A stretch of DNA of 19,897 nucleotides from Promethearchaeota archaeon (GCA_016840165.1 JAEOSU010000058.1:1-19897), one strand, 5' to 3'. Counted from the first letter of the stretch, positions 7,922 to 17,186 are shown. Made by a program: numbers and translations. Notes: a model not told the origin generated them from the sequence alone.

Positions 7922-9268
7922 TTACAATAGGTCATTAATCTCGTCAAGCTTTTTCTGAGTCTTTTTTAAATCTATCTTCAATTGAGCTGTTCTTTTTTCA
8001 TACGCTTTTTTGTCCATTGAGCCGGCTTGATACTTTTTTTCGATGAAATCCAAGAGATTTCTCATAGAATTTAGCTTACTTTCTAAAGCATCTCTTTCAG
8101 CCTTTAATTCTTTCTTTTTAAGTTTCTTTTTAGGTTTATCTGAGGGTCTAAATTTAATACTCTCTTCGTCGTCTAATTTTGTTAATCCAATAAAGGGTCC
8201 ATTTCCCTCTTTTTTGAGGCTAACGGGCTTTGGAGGTAACTCTGTAAGATTTTTATCGGTTTGCAAGAGAGAATCAAGAATATCTTCTGAATTTGCATGT
8301 GAAGTTTTAGGAGGTTTTAATTCTGGTGGATGTTCGAGGATTTTTTCATCTAACTCTCCAACAGATCTCACTAATTTATCAATAGTAGTCTTAATGGTAT
8401 TAATTTGATTTTGGAAAATCTTTAGTAGTTCATATAATTCGCTTTCTTTAGAGATTTGCATAGAAAAATCAATATCAATTTTATTATTTCCACCACTTAT
8501 GGTTTCTCTTGGTCCCGAAAAATAATTATTAGTTTGAACCACTGGTTGAGTTATTACTTCAGGTACTTCTCCTTTTGATCGTAATTCCATTCTATAATCA
8601 GAGACTAACCATGTAAAAATATTGTAAGCTAAAGTAGGATGTTCATCTGAATTAAATCCTCCTCCAACATTATCTCGAAACATTTCATAACTTCCAATAG
8701 CGCATACCCTCCCTTTATCTGGTTGGGAAACACAGATGAGTGGGGTCGAAAATGGTTCAGATGTCTCATTTGAAGATGCAATCGAAAAAGCATTCCCCAT
8801 TATTGTAAGGGAACAACCAGATCTATAACAGATTGAAGAAATTCCATTAGATATTGGATGAGGTGGAATAAAAGCGGTGATTATAGGCAAATTTTCTAAA
8901 CCTAAATTAGTAGTTCCATCTAAAACTTGATCATTTTCAAACAGGATCCCAAAACGTTGACTTAATTCACTTAAATTACTATTTCGCCCTTTATCCCCAC
9001 CCGCATGAGATAATAAAAATAAGCCCCCTCCATCTTCTTCAACCCAATTACAAATTTCTGTCATTTCCATAGAAGATATTTTAGCAAAATCTGGGCACAT
9101 AAATACTAACACATCAAATGGTTTTAATGATAATTGGGTTATAGGGGTTTCTAAATAATTATAACACATGAAACCATTGGAATTTAAAAAATCCCGCATT
9201 TCCGTGAGATTCTCATCAATTTTTCCTCGCGGTTTGTGGGCTAAATCAAAGGCAATATTGTATGGCAT
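7922..9268 (-). CDS. GIFT (GldG/IFT52-like, DUF4350-like) domain protein with Pro-rich linker and C-terminal coiled coil / helical hairpin
   Basis: IAFDLAH, FDVLVFMCP, NWVEEDGGGLFLL, NLSELSQRFGILFENDQVLD, HPISNGI, GRVCAIGSYEMFRD and NIFTWL match the GIFT pattern; heptad-rich C terminus. Confidence 0.7.
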   Translation of the reverse strand: MPYNIAFDLAHKPRGKIDENLTEMRDFLNSNGFMCYNYLETPITQLSLKPFDVLVFMCPDFAKISSMEMTEICNWVEEDGGGLFLLSHAGGDKGRNSNLSELSQRFGILFENDQVLDGTTNLGLENLPIITAFIPPHPISNGISSICYRSGCSLTIMGNAFSIASSNETSEPFSTPLICVSQPDKGRVCAIGSYEMFRDNVGGGFNSDEHPTLAYNIFTWLVSDYRMELRSKGEVPEVITQPVVQTNNYFSGPRETISGGNNKIDIDFSMQISKESELYELLKIFQNQINTIKTTIDKLVRSVGELDEKILEHPPELKPPKTSHANSEDILDSLLQTDKNLTELPPKPVSLKKEGNGPFIGLTKLDDEESIKFRPSDKPKKKLKKKELKAERDALESKLNSMRNLLDFIEKKYQAGSMDKKAYEKRTAQLKIDLKKTQKKLDEINDLL

Positions 9269-9384
9269 AATTTTTCACTAACATTTTTTAAATTCATTCT
9301 AATTATTAATAAGAATAATCATCTTCCTATAAATAAATATCATTTAACGCATAAAAAACCTATTTAAAATCATCAAAATAAGGT

Positions 9385-10482
9385 TTAAAAAATGGTTTTG
9401 TCTCCAATAATTAAATTATCTTTACTGATATTCTCAATTTGTGCATTACTTCCGATAAGTGAACTCTCAGAGATCAAATTTTTTATGGATACTTCTTGTT
9501 CAATTACACAATTTTCTAAAATCGAATTTTCTATATAGGATCCACTGCCGATTGAAACATATGGCCCAATGACTGAATTAATGATTTTTGAATTCTTCCC
9601 AATAAAAACTGGATTTTTTATAAAGGACTTATCAATAATAATTTGCTTCTCTGGATAATCTTCCTTTCTGGTGAAATCTTGTTCTAATAGAAATTTATTT
9701 CCATGTAATAATGCAGATGGGCGTCCAAAATCTAAAATGCCTTTTTTAAGGTTAACTGCGGCAATTTTAAAGCCATTATTAACTAAGTCTTGAAGGCTTT
9801 CAGTCAGATAAACCTCTTTTGAATTTTCTGTTCTCTTATCCAAGTAATTTTTAATATTATTAAATAATGCGATGGTTGTTGAATGTGAAAAGGCATAGAT
9901 TCCAGCAATGGCTAAGTTTGAGATATAAGTTTCTGGTTTTTCTATTAATTGCTGAATAATCATATTTTTATCAGTTTTTACGATTCCATATGAACTCGCT
10001 TGCTTTTTTGGGACTTCCATGACCGTTATAATCCCATCTACATTTGATTCATAATAGCGATACATGATATAGGAATATTCATCTATTGGGATCATATCTG
10101 CCAAAAAGATTAAAGCTCCTTCCCTTTTATCCTCCTCATTATTCTTGTATTGAATTTCTTTAAAGTTGTTATGAGCAAGATATACGGCTTCTCCTAAGCC
10201 CCAGAAGAAAGGTACATCATCATTATATCCTCGAGGTTCTTGTTCAATAAAAGTTAATTTAAAGGTGTTTCCATACTTTTGTTTAACAAATTCTTTGATT
10301 TGCCGTTTTTTATACCCTACAATCAAAATCAATTCCGTAGTAGAATCAAAAGTATCACGAAACTTATCTAAGATATGTTCCAATACAGGCTTTCCTGCAA
10401 CTTGAATAAATGTTTTTGGTTTACTTAAAGTAAATGGACGAAGTCTTGAACCAATTCCCGCACAAGGACCAATAATTTTCAT
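9385..10482 (-). CDS. Sugar-phosphate nucleotidyltransferase (long glucose-1-phosphate thymidylyltransferase-like) with C-terminal left-handed beta-helix
   Basis: AGIGSRLRPFTLSKPK, YGIV, LIEKP, AIAGIY, YLTESL, LDFGRP and hexapeptide repeats (NSVIGPYVSIG). Confidence 0.9.
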   Translation of the reverse strand: MKIIGPCAGIGSRLRPFTLSKPKTFIQVAGKPVLEHILDKFRDTFDSTTELILIVGYKKRQIKEFVKQKYGNTFKLTFIEQEPRGYNDDVPFFWGLGEAVYLAHNNFKEIQYKNNEEDKREGALIFLADMIPIDEYSYIMYRYYESNVDGIITVMEVPKKQASSYGIVKTDKNMIIQQLIEKPETYISNLAIAGIYAFSHSTTIALFNNIKNYLDKRTENSKEVYLTESLQDLVNNGFKIAAVNLKKGILDFGRPSALLHGNKFLLEQDFTRKEDYPEKQIIIDKSFIKNPVFIGKNSKIINSVIGPYVSIGSGSYIENSILENCVIEQEVSIKNLISESSLIGSNAQIENISKDNLIIGDKTIF

Positions 10483-10537
10483 TTTATTAATTAATTGAAT
10501 TATGAGAAATTACTTAAACTTTGATATAGTTTTGGTA

Positions 10538-11314
10538 TTAATAGAACCGAGATTTATCGGAATCAAATACTCTTTGCAAATAGCCGAAGATTAGATCCAA
10601 ACCTTTTTCCTCCTTAATAGTGCAAGGGATCAATTCAGCTGTTGAGCCCATTTGAATAAAAACATCCGAAATCAGGATCGAAAGCTCTCTTATCAAACCA
10701 CTTTCTCGTTCGTTTGTCGATTCCTCTAATGCTTGAAAATCCTGGCTCCAATTTACAATCATATCGATTTGATCTTCATCTAATAAATCTGATTTAGCTA
10801 AAAGATTGATTTGGGAGATCTTTCGAAATCGAAATTGTACTGAAGCAGCTAGTAATAACGTAGAAATAAAGCCATTAGGTCTTAGTACCAAATTAGAGTC
10901 AAACAAAAAAGATACTGCTCTTTGAACATCACCAATCCCTAGAGAACTTGCAATCAACGGTCCTGTTTCTCTAAATGCAAAGAGTTCAAGCTGACCTGCA
11001 GTATCAACAAACACCCAGTCGGGATTTAAGTCATCAATCTCATCCTTAATGTCATCCAAGTAGTTTACCATTAAATCTGAGGCTAGAATCATTGCTCCAT
11101 TGGGGCCTAATCCATACTCAGTCATGATATCATCGAGCAGAATATATTCTCTAATATCAATATCGGGAGAGTAAGGAATAATTTTGACTCCAGGATCTAA
11201 ATTGATAGCAATAGCTGATATCTCTGGGTCTCGATTTAAAACATATTCTTTTAACAATCCAGTGAGCGTCGATTTACCACTACCTGCTGTTCCGATAAAA
11301 TAATTTATTAGTAT
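10538..11314 (-). CDS. GPN-loop GTPase (start revised upstream to ATA 11314; 258 aa)
   Basis: YGLGPNG, NLDPG, DTAGQLELF, AKSDLL. The Walker A motif GTAGSGKST lies in frame upstream of the track's TTG (11257). The only plausible starts before it are ATA 11314 or ATA 11308. SD GAGGGA is at 11327-11322 and an in-frame TGA lies just upstream. Confidence 0.9.
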   Translation of the reverse strand: MLINYFIGTAGSGKSTLTGLLKEYVLNRDPEISAIAINLDPGVKIIPYSPDIDIREYILLDDIMTEYGLGPNGAMILASDLMVNYLDDIKDEIDDLNPDWVFVDTAGQLELFAFRETGPLIASSLGIGDVQRAVSFLFDSNLVLRPNGFISTLLLAASVQFRFRKISQINLLAKSDLLDEDQIDMIVNWSQDFQALEESTNERESGLIRELSILISDVFIQMGSTAELIPCTIKEEKGLDLIFGYLQRVFDSDKSRFY

Positions 11315-11404
11315 CTTCTTATCCCTCTCTCAAATTTATCATCTATTTCTTAAACTAGACTAATCTAGCATAATTAAAGAATACTACTTATTATAGATTG
11401 AATA

Positions 11405-12385
11405 TTATTCTGGTTTCTTCAGGTCACTAAGTTCAATTTGATTTGATTTTTGTTTTTGAAGCCGCATTATCTGATTATTGATTGCTTCCTCAGACTTTTT
11501 CATCAGTTCCTCCTCGTTTAGGGTAAGTGCTTTATGTTCATCTTCACTCATAGGTTTTAAGATATCTTTTATACTAAATCCATTATGTTTTTCGGTCACT
11601 TTCTTAAATTTTTCTTTCATTTCTTTGATTACTAACATTTTTACGGAAGAGGCACTCGATTTAATTAAACTAGCTACCTTTTCAGAAGTTACTCTGCTCA
11701 TTGAAGCCCCAGGAATTCGTTGAGTTAATCGTTGGGGAGGTCCACTGGGGATACTTCCCAATGGTAGATTCTGGAGGGTGCTGGTGAGTGTTTTAAGATG
11801 GCTTTCTATGTTTTTTAGAGTTTGATTGCTTTCAGTAATCATTGTCATTAAAGATTGATCGACAGTATAACTTTCTACGCTATTCTTTTCGTAGACATAA
11901 GTTTTTTCCTCTTTATTTTGTCCATAATCCCTTTTAACTTCTTTGATAACCCTTTCTTTTGTAAAATTTTGACGCTGATTACGATTTTTAGTCAAATCAA
12001 TATATTGAAATCCCACATAACAATCTTCATTTATCCAAATATCAGAAATATTGAATTTCTCGCTGAAAGAATACTCGATTCTATTACCTGAATATAGATA
12101 AATACTTAATTGCAAGATTTTAAATTGAAGATCGTCATAACCTTGAATCTCATCCAAATCGATAGAAAAACTGAGGTAATCTTGAGAATGGTAAATTTTT
12201 TTTACTGAAACTAATGAGGGTGCTTGTCGATAATAGATCTGATCTGTAACAATTTTGGAGATTTCGAAGCGAAAATTTAGGCGTTTAATTTTATCGGGAA
12301 GAAAAAGAACTTGCTCTTCCTCATTTTTCTTGAATTCCAGAAATAGTTTCTTCTGATCGTCCCAAAATATTTGGAACAATTCCAT
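11405..12385 (-). CDS. Hypothetical protein: globular N-terminal domain, coiled coil, Pro/Ser-rich linker, helical C terminus
   Basis: 326-aa ORF filling the space between neighbours; heptads ITESNQTLKNIESHLKTLTSTLQNL then PLGSIPSGPP. Confidence 0.75.
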   Translation of the reverse strand: MELFQIFWDDQKKLFLEFKKNEEEQVLFLPDKIKRLNFRFEISKIVTDQIYYRQAPSLVSVKKIYHSQDYLSFSIDLDEIQGYDDLQFKILQLSIYLYSGNRIEYSFSEKFNISDIWINEDCYVGFQYIDLTKNRNQRQNFTKERVIKEVKRDYGQNKEEKTYVYEKNSVESYTVDQSLMTMITESNQTLKNIESHLKTLTSTLQNLPLGSIPSGPPQRLTQRIPGASMSRVTSEKVASLIKSSASSVKMLVIKEMKEKFKKVTEKHNGFSIKDILKPMSEDEHKALTLNEEELMKKSEEAINNQIMRLQKQKSNQIELSDLKKPE

Positions 12386-12508
12386 TTTATAATTAAACCC
12401 TAATTATTATCGTTTTCTAAGTATATTAATTAGGATGAAATCATCAAACTAACTTTAAAATCTTCTGAGTTTATGGAATTTATAATTTATAAGAATGAGA
12501 ATAGAGTC

Positions 12509-12889
12509 TTAATTCTTCAACTGTGAAAGGTAATAGATAGGCTTTTTTATTGCTTGCTCAAAATACTCAATTTCTTCTTTAGAATGATCTCCAATATAAT
12601 TATTAACATCTATTATCAGGATTGCATCATGGTTGTGTAATTTCTGAAGCGCAATAGTCTGTAATCTTTCCCATTCCTCTTCAGAGAATTTTTGTTTATT
12701 GAATAAACCATCTACAGAGCAAATATACACTTGTTTCTCATAAACAATTTGAAGGATCGATTCAACCTTGAGAAAATAATCCTTAAATCGAGAGGATCCA
12801 ACTAAATAGATGTTTTTTTCCTTGATAGAGGAGAAGGTATAATTTTTAAATTCGTCCAAGAAATTCTTATTTAGCCGTTCTTTCTTCAT
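12509..12889 (-). CDS. Nucleoside 2-deoxyribosyltransferase-like (NDT / DUF4406-like) fold protein; probable start ATG 12889 (126 aa)
   Basis: IYLVGSSRFKD ... KLHNHDAILIIDVNNYIGDHSKEEIEYF ... KPIYYL matches the NDT-like pattern with its catalytic-type Glu. The track's longer start overlaps the divergent MTase. Confidence 0.65.
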   Translation of the reverse strand: MKKERLNKNFLDEFKNYTFSSIKEKNIYLVGSSRFKDYFLKVESILQIVYEKQVYICSVDGLFNKQKFSEEEWERLQTIALQKLHNHDAILIIDVNNYIGDHSKEEIEYFEQAIKKPIYYLSQLKN

Positions 12890-12926
12890 GATAATTGTAC
12901 TAATATTGACAAACCTAAATTTGTTT

Positions 12927-13724
12927 ATGATTTTAAACAACATCCACCAAGAAGATAACTTAACTTTTCTAAAGAAATTAGAGTCAAATTTCATTGATTT
13001 AATTTATATCGACCCTCCATTTTATACTGGAGTTGATTATAAGGAGTTTTCTGATTTATGGAGCTCGTTAGGAAATTATTTATTATTCATGGAAGAGCGG
13101 ATTGAAGAAATGCATCGTGTTTTAAAAAAGTCAGGAAGCTTTTATATTCATTGTGATGCAAATGCTTCATATGATCTGAAACCACTCTGTGACAAAATAT
13201 TCGGTAGAGATAATTTCCGGCGAGAAATTATCTGGAATGTTGCCAGTGTTTCTGGATTTAAAAGCCAAGTAAAAGGTTGGGTTCGACAGCATGATATTAT
13301 TCTTTTTTATACAAATAGCAATGAATACACGTTTAATAAGCAATATATTCCTTATAGAGAAGAGTATATTAAAAAAATGTTCCGATATAAAGATAAAGAT
13401 GGGAGAGTTTATAGAAAGAGGAGAGGAGGAAAACAATATCTAGATGAGAGACCTGGGAGGTTAATCGGGGATGTATGGAACGACATTTATTCCTTTCAGA
13501 CCAGAACAAGATCGAAAGAATATTTAGGATATCCTACACAAAAACCTGAGGATTTGTTGGAACGAATCATATTAGCATCATCAAATGAGGGTGATATTGT
13601 GGCAGATTTTTTTTGTGGCTCAGGAACCACATTAGCGGTGGCTAAAAAGTTAAATAGGCAATGGATTGGAGTAGATAACAATCCAAATGCAATTGAATTA
13701 TCCAAACAAAGATTAAATATTTAG
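12927..13724 (+). CDS. Orphan site-specific DNA methyltransferase (N6-A/N4-C, beta-class motif order); probable start ATG 12927
   Basis: IDLIYIDPPF (motif IV) precedes YPTQKPEDLLERII and VADFFCGSGTT (motif I); no nuclease gene adjacent. Confidence 0.93.
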   Translation: MILNNIHQEDNLTFLKKLESNFIDLIYIDPPFYTGVDYKEFSDLWSSLGNYLLFMEERIEEMHRVLKKSGSFYIHCDANASYDLKPLCDKIFGRDNFRREIIWNVASVSGFKSQVKGWVRQHDIILFYTNSNEYTFNKQYIPYREEYIKKMFRYKDKDGRVYRKRRGGKQYLDERPGRLIGDVWNDIYSFQTRTRSKEYLGYPTQKPEDLLERIILASSNEGDIVADFFCGSGTTLAVAKKLNRQWIGVDNNPNAIELSKQRLNI

Positions 13725-13777
13725 GAAATTTATTTGTAATATTCTATTTATGAAAATAAATTAAGAAGGATGAGAAA

Positions 13778-14131
13778 ATGACTAAACCAAAATTTGCATT
13801 ATTTGCTTTTAATGGAGATCCGATGTGTTTTATTCATGTAATAATTAATGCCTTAGACATGCTTGGAAAAGGTTATGATGTGAAAGTGATCGTAGAGGGT
13901 TCGGCGACAAAATTAGCTCATGAATTTGAAAATGAAGGTAATCCTTTTTATAAACAATATAATGATTTGAAAAACTCTAGATTAATTGATTGTTTTTGTA
14001 AAGCTTGTAGTAATAAAATGGGTTCCTTAGATGATGTTGAAAGAATAGGTTTTCGAACTTGTGCGGAATTGATGGGCCATCCAAGCATGGCACGATACAT
14101 TGAACAAGGTTATACGATCATTACTTTCTAG
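13778..14131 (+). CDS. DsrE-like small protein
   Basis: MCFIHVIINALD, VKVIVEGSAT, CFCKACS, MGHPSMARYIEQGYTIITF; SD-like AAGGATGA upstream. Confidence 0.8.
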   Translation: MTKPKFALFAFNGDPMCFIHVIINALDMLGKGYDVKVIVEGSATKLAHEFENEGNPFYKQYNDLKNSRLIDCFCKACSNKMGSLDDVERIGFRTCAELMGHPSMARYIEQGYTIITF

Positions 14132-14156
14132 CAAACTTAACTACTTGGGATTAAAA

Positions 14157-14990
14157 ATGGCATTTAGCATCGAAATTGTATCTGGATTGCTATTAGGTAT
14201 TGTGGCAAATATATCCTTATATTTAGGAAAAGGGATTCAAAAATTTGCCATTGAAGGATATAAAGATCGCGGAAAGTATAAAGGAAAGGGTAAGAATACA
14301 GGCATATGGATATTTGGAACAATTTTAACATCCTTGTATATGTTTATTCAATGGATTGCATTATTATATGCTCCTATTAACATAATCGCTCCGATAGAAG
14401 GATTAGGATTAGTTGTGTTAGTGATTTTCTCTTATTTTATATTAAAAGAATCGATTTCAAAGCCTCAAATATTTGGAATTATATTGATAATTATAGGGAC
14501 AATTGAAATTACCCTTTTTAACGAAAACCCAAGTTCAGTTCCTTTTAATGCTTTGAATTTTGAACTATTAACAATCATTTCAATAATTCTCATTGCTATT
14601 GAAATCGCAGTTTTCTCTTTTTCAAAATATTACAAACTAAAAGCGATTGGGTATATATCTGGATTGATAGCTGGAACGTTCATGGCTTTTCAAACAGTTT
14701 CTAAAAGAATTACTGCCATTCCAAATTCTCTGCTTTCAACAGCATTTATCTTCATAACCTTAATAATGGCAGTTTTAACATTAATTATGACCCAATATGC
14801 ATTTACAAAAGCTAATGCGAATATTGTTGTTCCATGTACAACTTCTTCCAGTATAATTTTAGCGATACTAATTGGAGTGATTTCACTTAGTGAGCAAATG
14901 ATAGTTAATCAAATTATTGGAGTAGTATTTCTTATAGGAGGAATCATTTTGTTAACGGGATTTAACTTAGAATTAGAAAAAAGTAAGTAA
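14157..14990 (+). CDS. DMT superfamily transporter, NIPA-like (possible Mg2+ transporter); probable start ATG 14157
   Basis: About 9 hydrophobic segments; GIQK, WIFG and ALLYAPINIIAPIEGLGLVVLVIFSYFILKE resemble the NIPA signature region. Confidence 0.72.
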   Translation: MAFSIEIVSGLLLGIVANISLYLGKGIQKFAIEGYKDRGKYKGKGKNTGIWIFGTILTSLYMFIQWIALLYAPINIIAPIEGLGLVVLVIFSYFILKESISKPQIFGIILIIIGTIEITLFNENPSSVPFNALNFELLTIISIILIAIEIAVFSFSKYYKLKAIGYISGLIAGTFMAFQTVSKRITAIPNSLLSTAFIFITLIMAVLTLIMTQYAFTKANANIVVPCTTSSSIILAILIGVISLSEQMIVNQIIGVVFLIGGIILLTGFNLELEKSK

Positions 14991-15022
14991 AACAGTGAAA
15001 AATTAAATTATCACTTAAATGA

Positions 15023-16120
15023 TTACATTTCTCTATAAAATTTTTCAAACTCCTCTAATTCTTGCTCAATCTCTTTCAATTTTTTAATATCCTCTTCAGT
15101 AGGGTTTGGGATTTCTGAAAAAAGGTCATATTCAGGAATATTTAGGTTTTTACGGACTTGTTCCTCTATTTTGGCAAATGGTAATCTTGTAGCGAAAAAT
15201 TTTATAGACTTGAATTTAAGCTTACTCAATTTTGACTCCCACTCTTCGGCAAATTTACCGGATTCGATATCGGTTAAAATTTCTTTTTGCTTTTTTCCAA
15301 TTTCCTTCGAAATGCCTCGGAATTTTATCCCACGACTCATCGACCCATATTGCGAGGTTTGAGAATGGAAGTTAGTTTGTTTCACTAAACCAACTTGAGC
15401 CATCTTCTCATATGTATAGCTCATTTCACCTGACATAAACATTTCCACTAAAACTGCCTCCGGAGGATATCCCGCATCAAGGAGAGTTTTCATGGCCTTT
15501 AATAAGACTTGACCAAACGCAGGTCCAAACCCTTGTTCATTAAATAAATCCAACACAGCCTCCTGTTTAAAGGTAACTTCGATAGCTCCCTTTATAAGTG
15601 CTCCAACTCCTTTACTTAGACCAAGCAGTATCTTTTTTGCATCACCAGAACCATCTTGGTGAACTCCGATAAAAGTGAAAAATCCTTTTTTATTCAGATA
15701 ACATTCTCTCACTCCAATTCCGATCATACGTGGAGCAATAAGTAATATATCTATGTTTGAAGGCAGTGAAATTATATTGAATGCGAGATTATAACCGCTG
15801 GCAAAAATAATTGTATCATTTTCTTTTAAAGACGGAATAATTAGATCATCAAATAGTTGCTTCATAATCTCATCAGGGATCAAAATGAAAAAGATTTGAG
15901 CTCTTTTTAGTACCTCTTTAATACTATAGCTTTCAAAACCATCCTTTTCAGCTCTTTTTTTATATTCATCTTCTCGATTTCCAATAATAACTTTGAGTCC
16001 GGAATCTCTTAGATTAAGAGCTTGGGCTCTTCCTTGATTGCCATAGCCAATTACAGCAATTAGTTTATCCATAATAAATGTTAAGTCTCCATCACTTTCA
16101 TGGTAAACATTAGCTTTCAT
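15023..16120 (-). CDS. ilvC: Ketol-acid reductoisomerase (class I-like)
   Basis: IAVIGYGNQGRAQALNLRDSG, LIPDE, FASGYN, IAPRMIG, TFKQEAVLDLFNEQ, AGYPPE, SQTSQYG, IESGKFAEEW. Confidence 0.92.
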   Translation of the reverse strand: MKANVYHESDGDLTFIMDKLIAVIGYGNQGRAQALNLRDSGLKVIIGNREDEYKKRAEKDGFESYSIKEVLKRAQIFFILIPDEIMKQLFDDLIIPSLKENDTIIFASGYNLAFNIISLPSNIDILLIAPRMIGIGVRECYLNKKGFFTFIGVHQDGSGDAKKILLGLSKGVGALIKGAIEVTFKQEAVLDLFNEQGFGPAFGQVLLKAMKTLLDAGYPPEAVLVEMFMSGEMSYTYEKMAQVGLVKQTNFHSQTSQYGSMSRGIKFRGISKEIGKKQKEILTDIESGKFAEEWESKLSKLKFKSIKFFATRLPFAKIEEQVRKNLNIPEYDLFSEIPNPTEEDIKKLKEIEQELEEFEKFYREM

Positions 16121-16184
16121 ATTCTCATCTTGATATTTTATAGATCGATTACCAACTAAGAGTAATATTTGAAAATTATTACCT

Positions 16185-16243
16185 TGTTTATTAAATTGGG
16201 ATGAAAATTTGATAAAGATTGTTATTTTTTCTGATTGTCACAA
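16185..16243. repeat. 59-bp direct repeat, copy 1 (upstream of ilvC)
   Basis: tgtttattaaattgggATgaaaatttgataaagattgttattttttctgaTtgtcAcaa; 55/59 identical to 18344-18402. Confidence 0.95.
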
Positions 16244-16491
16244 AACAAGTGGTTAAAAAGAATGAAATCAAGCAAAAAGTATGGAAATTTTGCATATTCT
16301 CGTAGTTATGCTCAACATTATGATTATAGCGTGAAGAGAATTTATGTTATGTTTAATCGTTCTTAGAAAACGGTTGGAAAAAAAAATTTAGTAGAAAAAT
16401 ACTCTAAGATTTAATTTATAAATAATTTTTAAGAAAAAACCTTGAAGTATTTCAAAGACAAAAAAAATAGAGAAATAAAAAAAATATTTAA

Positions 16492-16848
16492 TTAATTTAA
16501 AATAGTACTGATTGATTGGAAATAAATCAAAGTAATAAAGACCATACCGATAACACAATGTCCAAGTAAGATATTCCTTCCAATCTTAATATTTCGGTTA
16601 TTTGGTTCGCTTTCCTTAAGCTCCTTATATTTCTTTCTGCTTAACCATATCCCATACATTATCTCAGGATTAATGATATAGAAAACAAGTGAGATAATTG
16701 CTATTGATATGAATATGAAAGGCATAACAATAATCATGGGATCAATACTTCTAAGCCCAAATGCTACTGGGATTAAGAAAGAAAATATAATGAGAACAAG
16801 AATCGCACCAATCAATTGAGTTCTTACGTCTCGTCTTTCTATTTTCAT
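16492..16848 (-). CDS. Hypothetical membrane protein (about 3 TM helices)
   Basis: Three hydrophobic stretches; SD GAGGTGA lies inside the upstream gene; ATGA stop/start overlap at 16848-16845. Confidence 0.8.
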   Translation of the reverse strand: MKIERRDVRTQLIGAILVLIIFSFLIPVAFGLRSIDPMIIVMPFIFISIAIISLVFYIINPEIMYGIWLSRKKYKELKESEPNNRNIKIGRNILLGHCVIGMVFITLIYFQSISTILN

Positions 16849-17186
16849 TTTTTATTCACCTCATTTATTTTAGATTTTTTATATAACTCAATTAATTCTT
16901 CGGGAACAGGTAAATTATACTTCTGATATAACTCATATCTTGTTTTTAATATATCCTTTCCAAGAATAGACATGTCGAAGTAGCCTTTTTCTAATTTATG
17001 TTTAAGAAATTTTACTTGTCTTATGATCATGACAAGACCATTAATATTAGAACGAATTTCCTCCTCATTTAGAGGATCTATCCTTAATATTGTTTCTAAC
17101 AATGCCTCAGCAATTTTTTTCCTTTCTAACAATTTATTATAACTAGCTTCCCAATCAATTATATTGATTCTATTATAACCTATCAT
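16845..17186 (-). CDS. Hypothetical alpha-helical protein, local family B (B2)
   Basis: SD GAGGTGA; aligns by eye with 17219-17608 (NxLLExKxI, PL, EIxxNIN, KD, ExxxKYNLP). Confidence 0.85.
   Translation of the reverse strand: MIGYNRINIIDWEASYNKLLERKKIAEALLETILRIDPLNEEEIRSNINGLVMIIRQVKFLKHKLEKGYFDMSILGKDILKTRYELYQKYNLPVPEELIELYKKSKINEVNKK

Noticed and set aside
12509-12889. FSEEEWERL in the NDT-like protein resembles the family A motif
   Set aside because: Single short helix-cap motif in an unrelated fold; likely coincidence.
12888-12994. Apparent 107-bp head-to-head overlap of the NDT-like gene and the MTase
   Set aside because: Artefact of longest-ORF starts; the recognisable domains begin after ATG 12889 (minus) and ATG 12927 (plus).
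8043-15362. Track ORFs 8043-8408, 11478-11723, 11855-12091, 13167-13436, 13496-13705 and 15171-15362
   Set aside because: All are antisense to longer, better-supported genes and have the Ser/Phe/Ile-rich composition typical of reverse-strand shadows.
16262-16366. 34-codon ORF MKSSKKYGNFAYSRSYAQHYDYSVKRIYVMFNRS
   Set aside because: No clear SD, motif or paralog; expected by chance.
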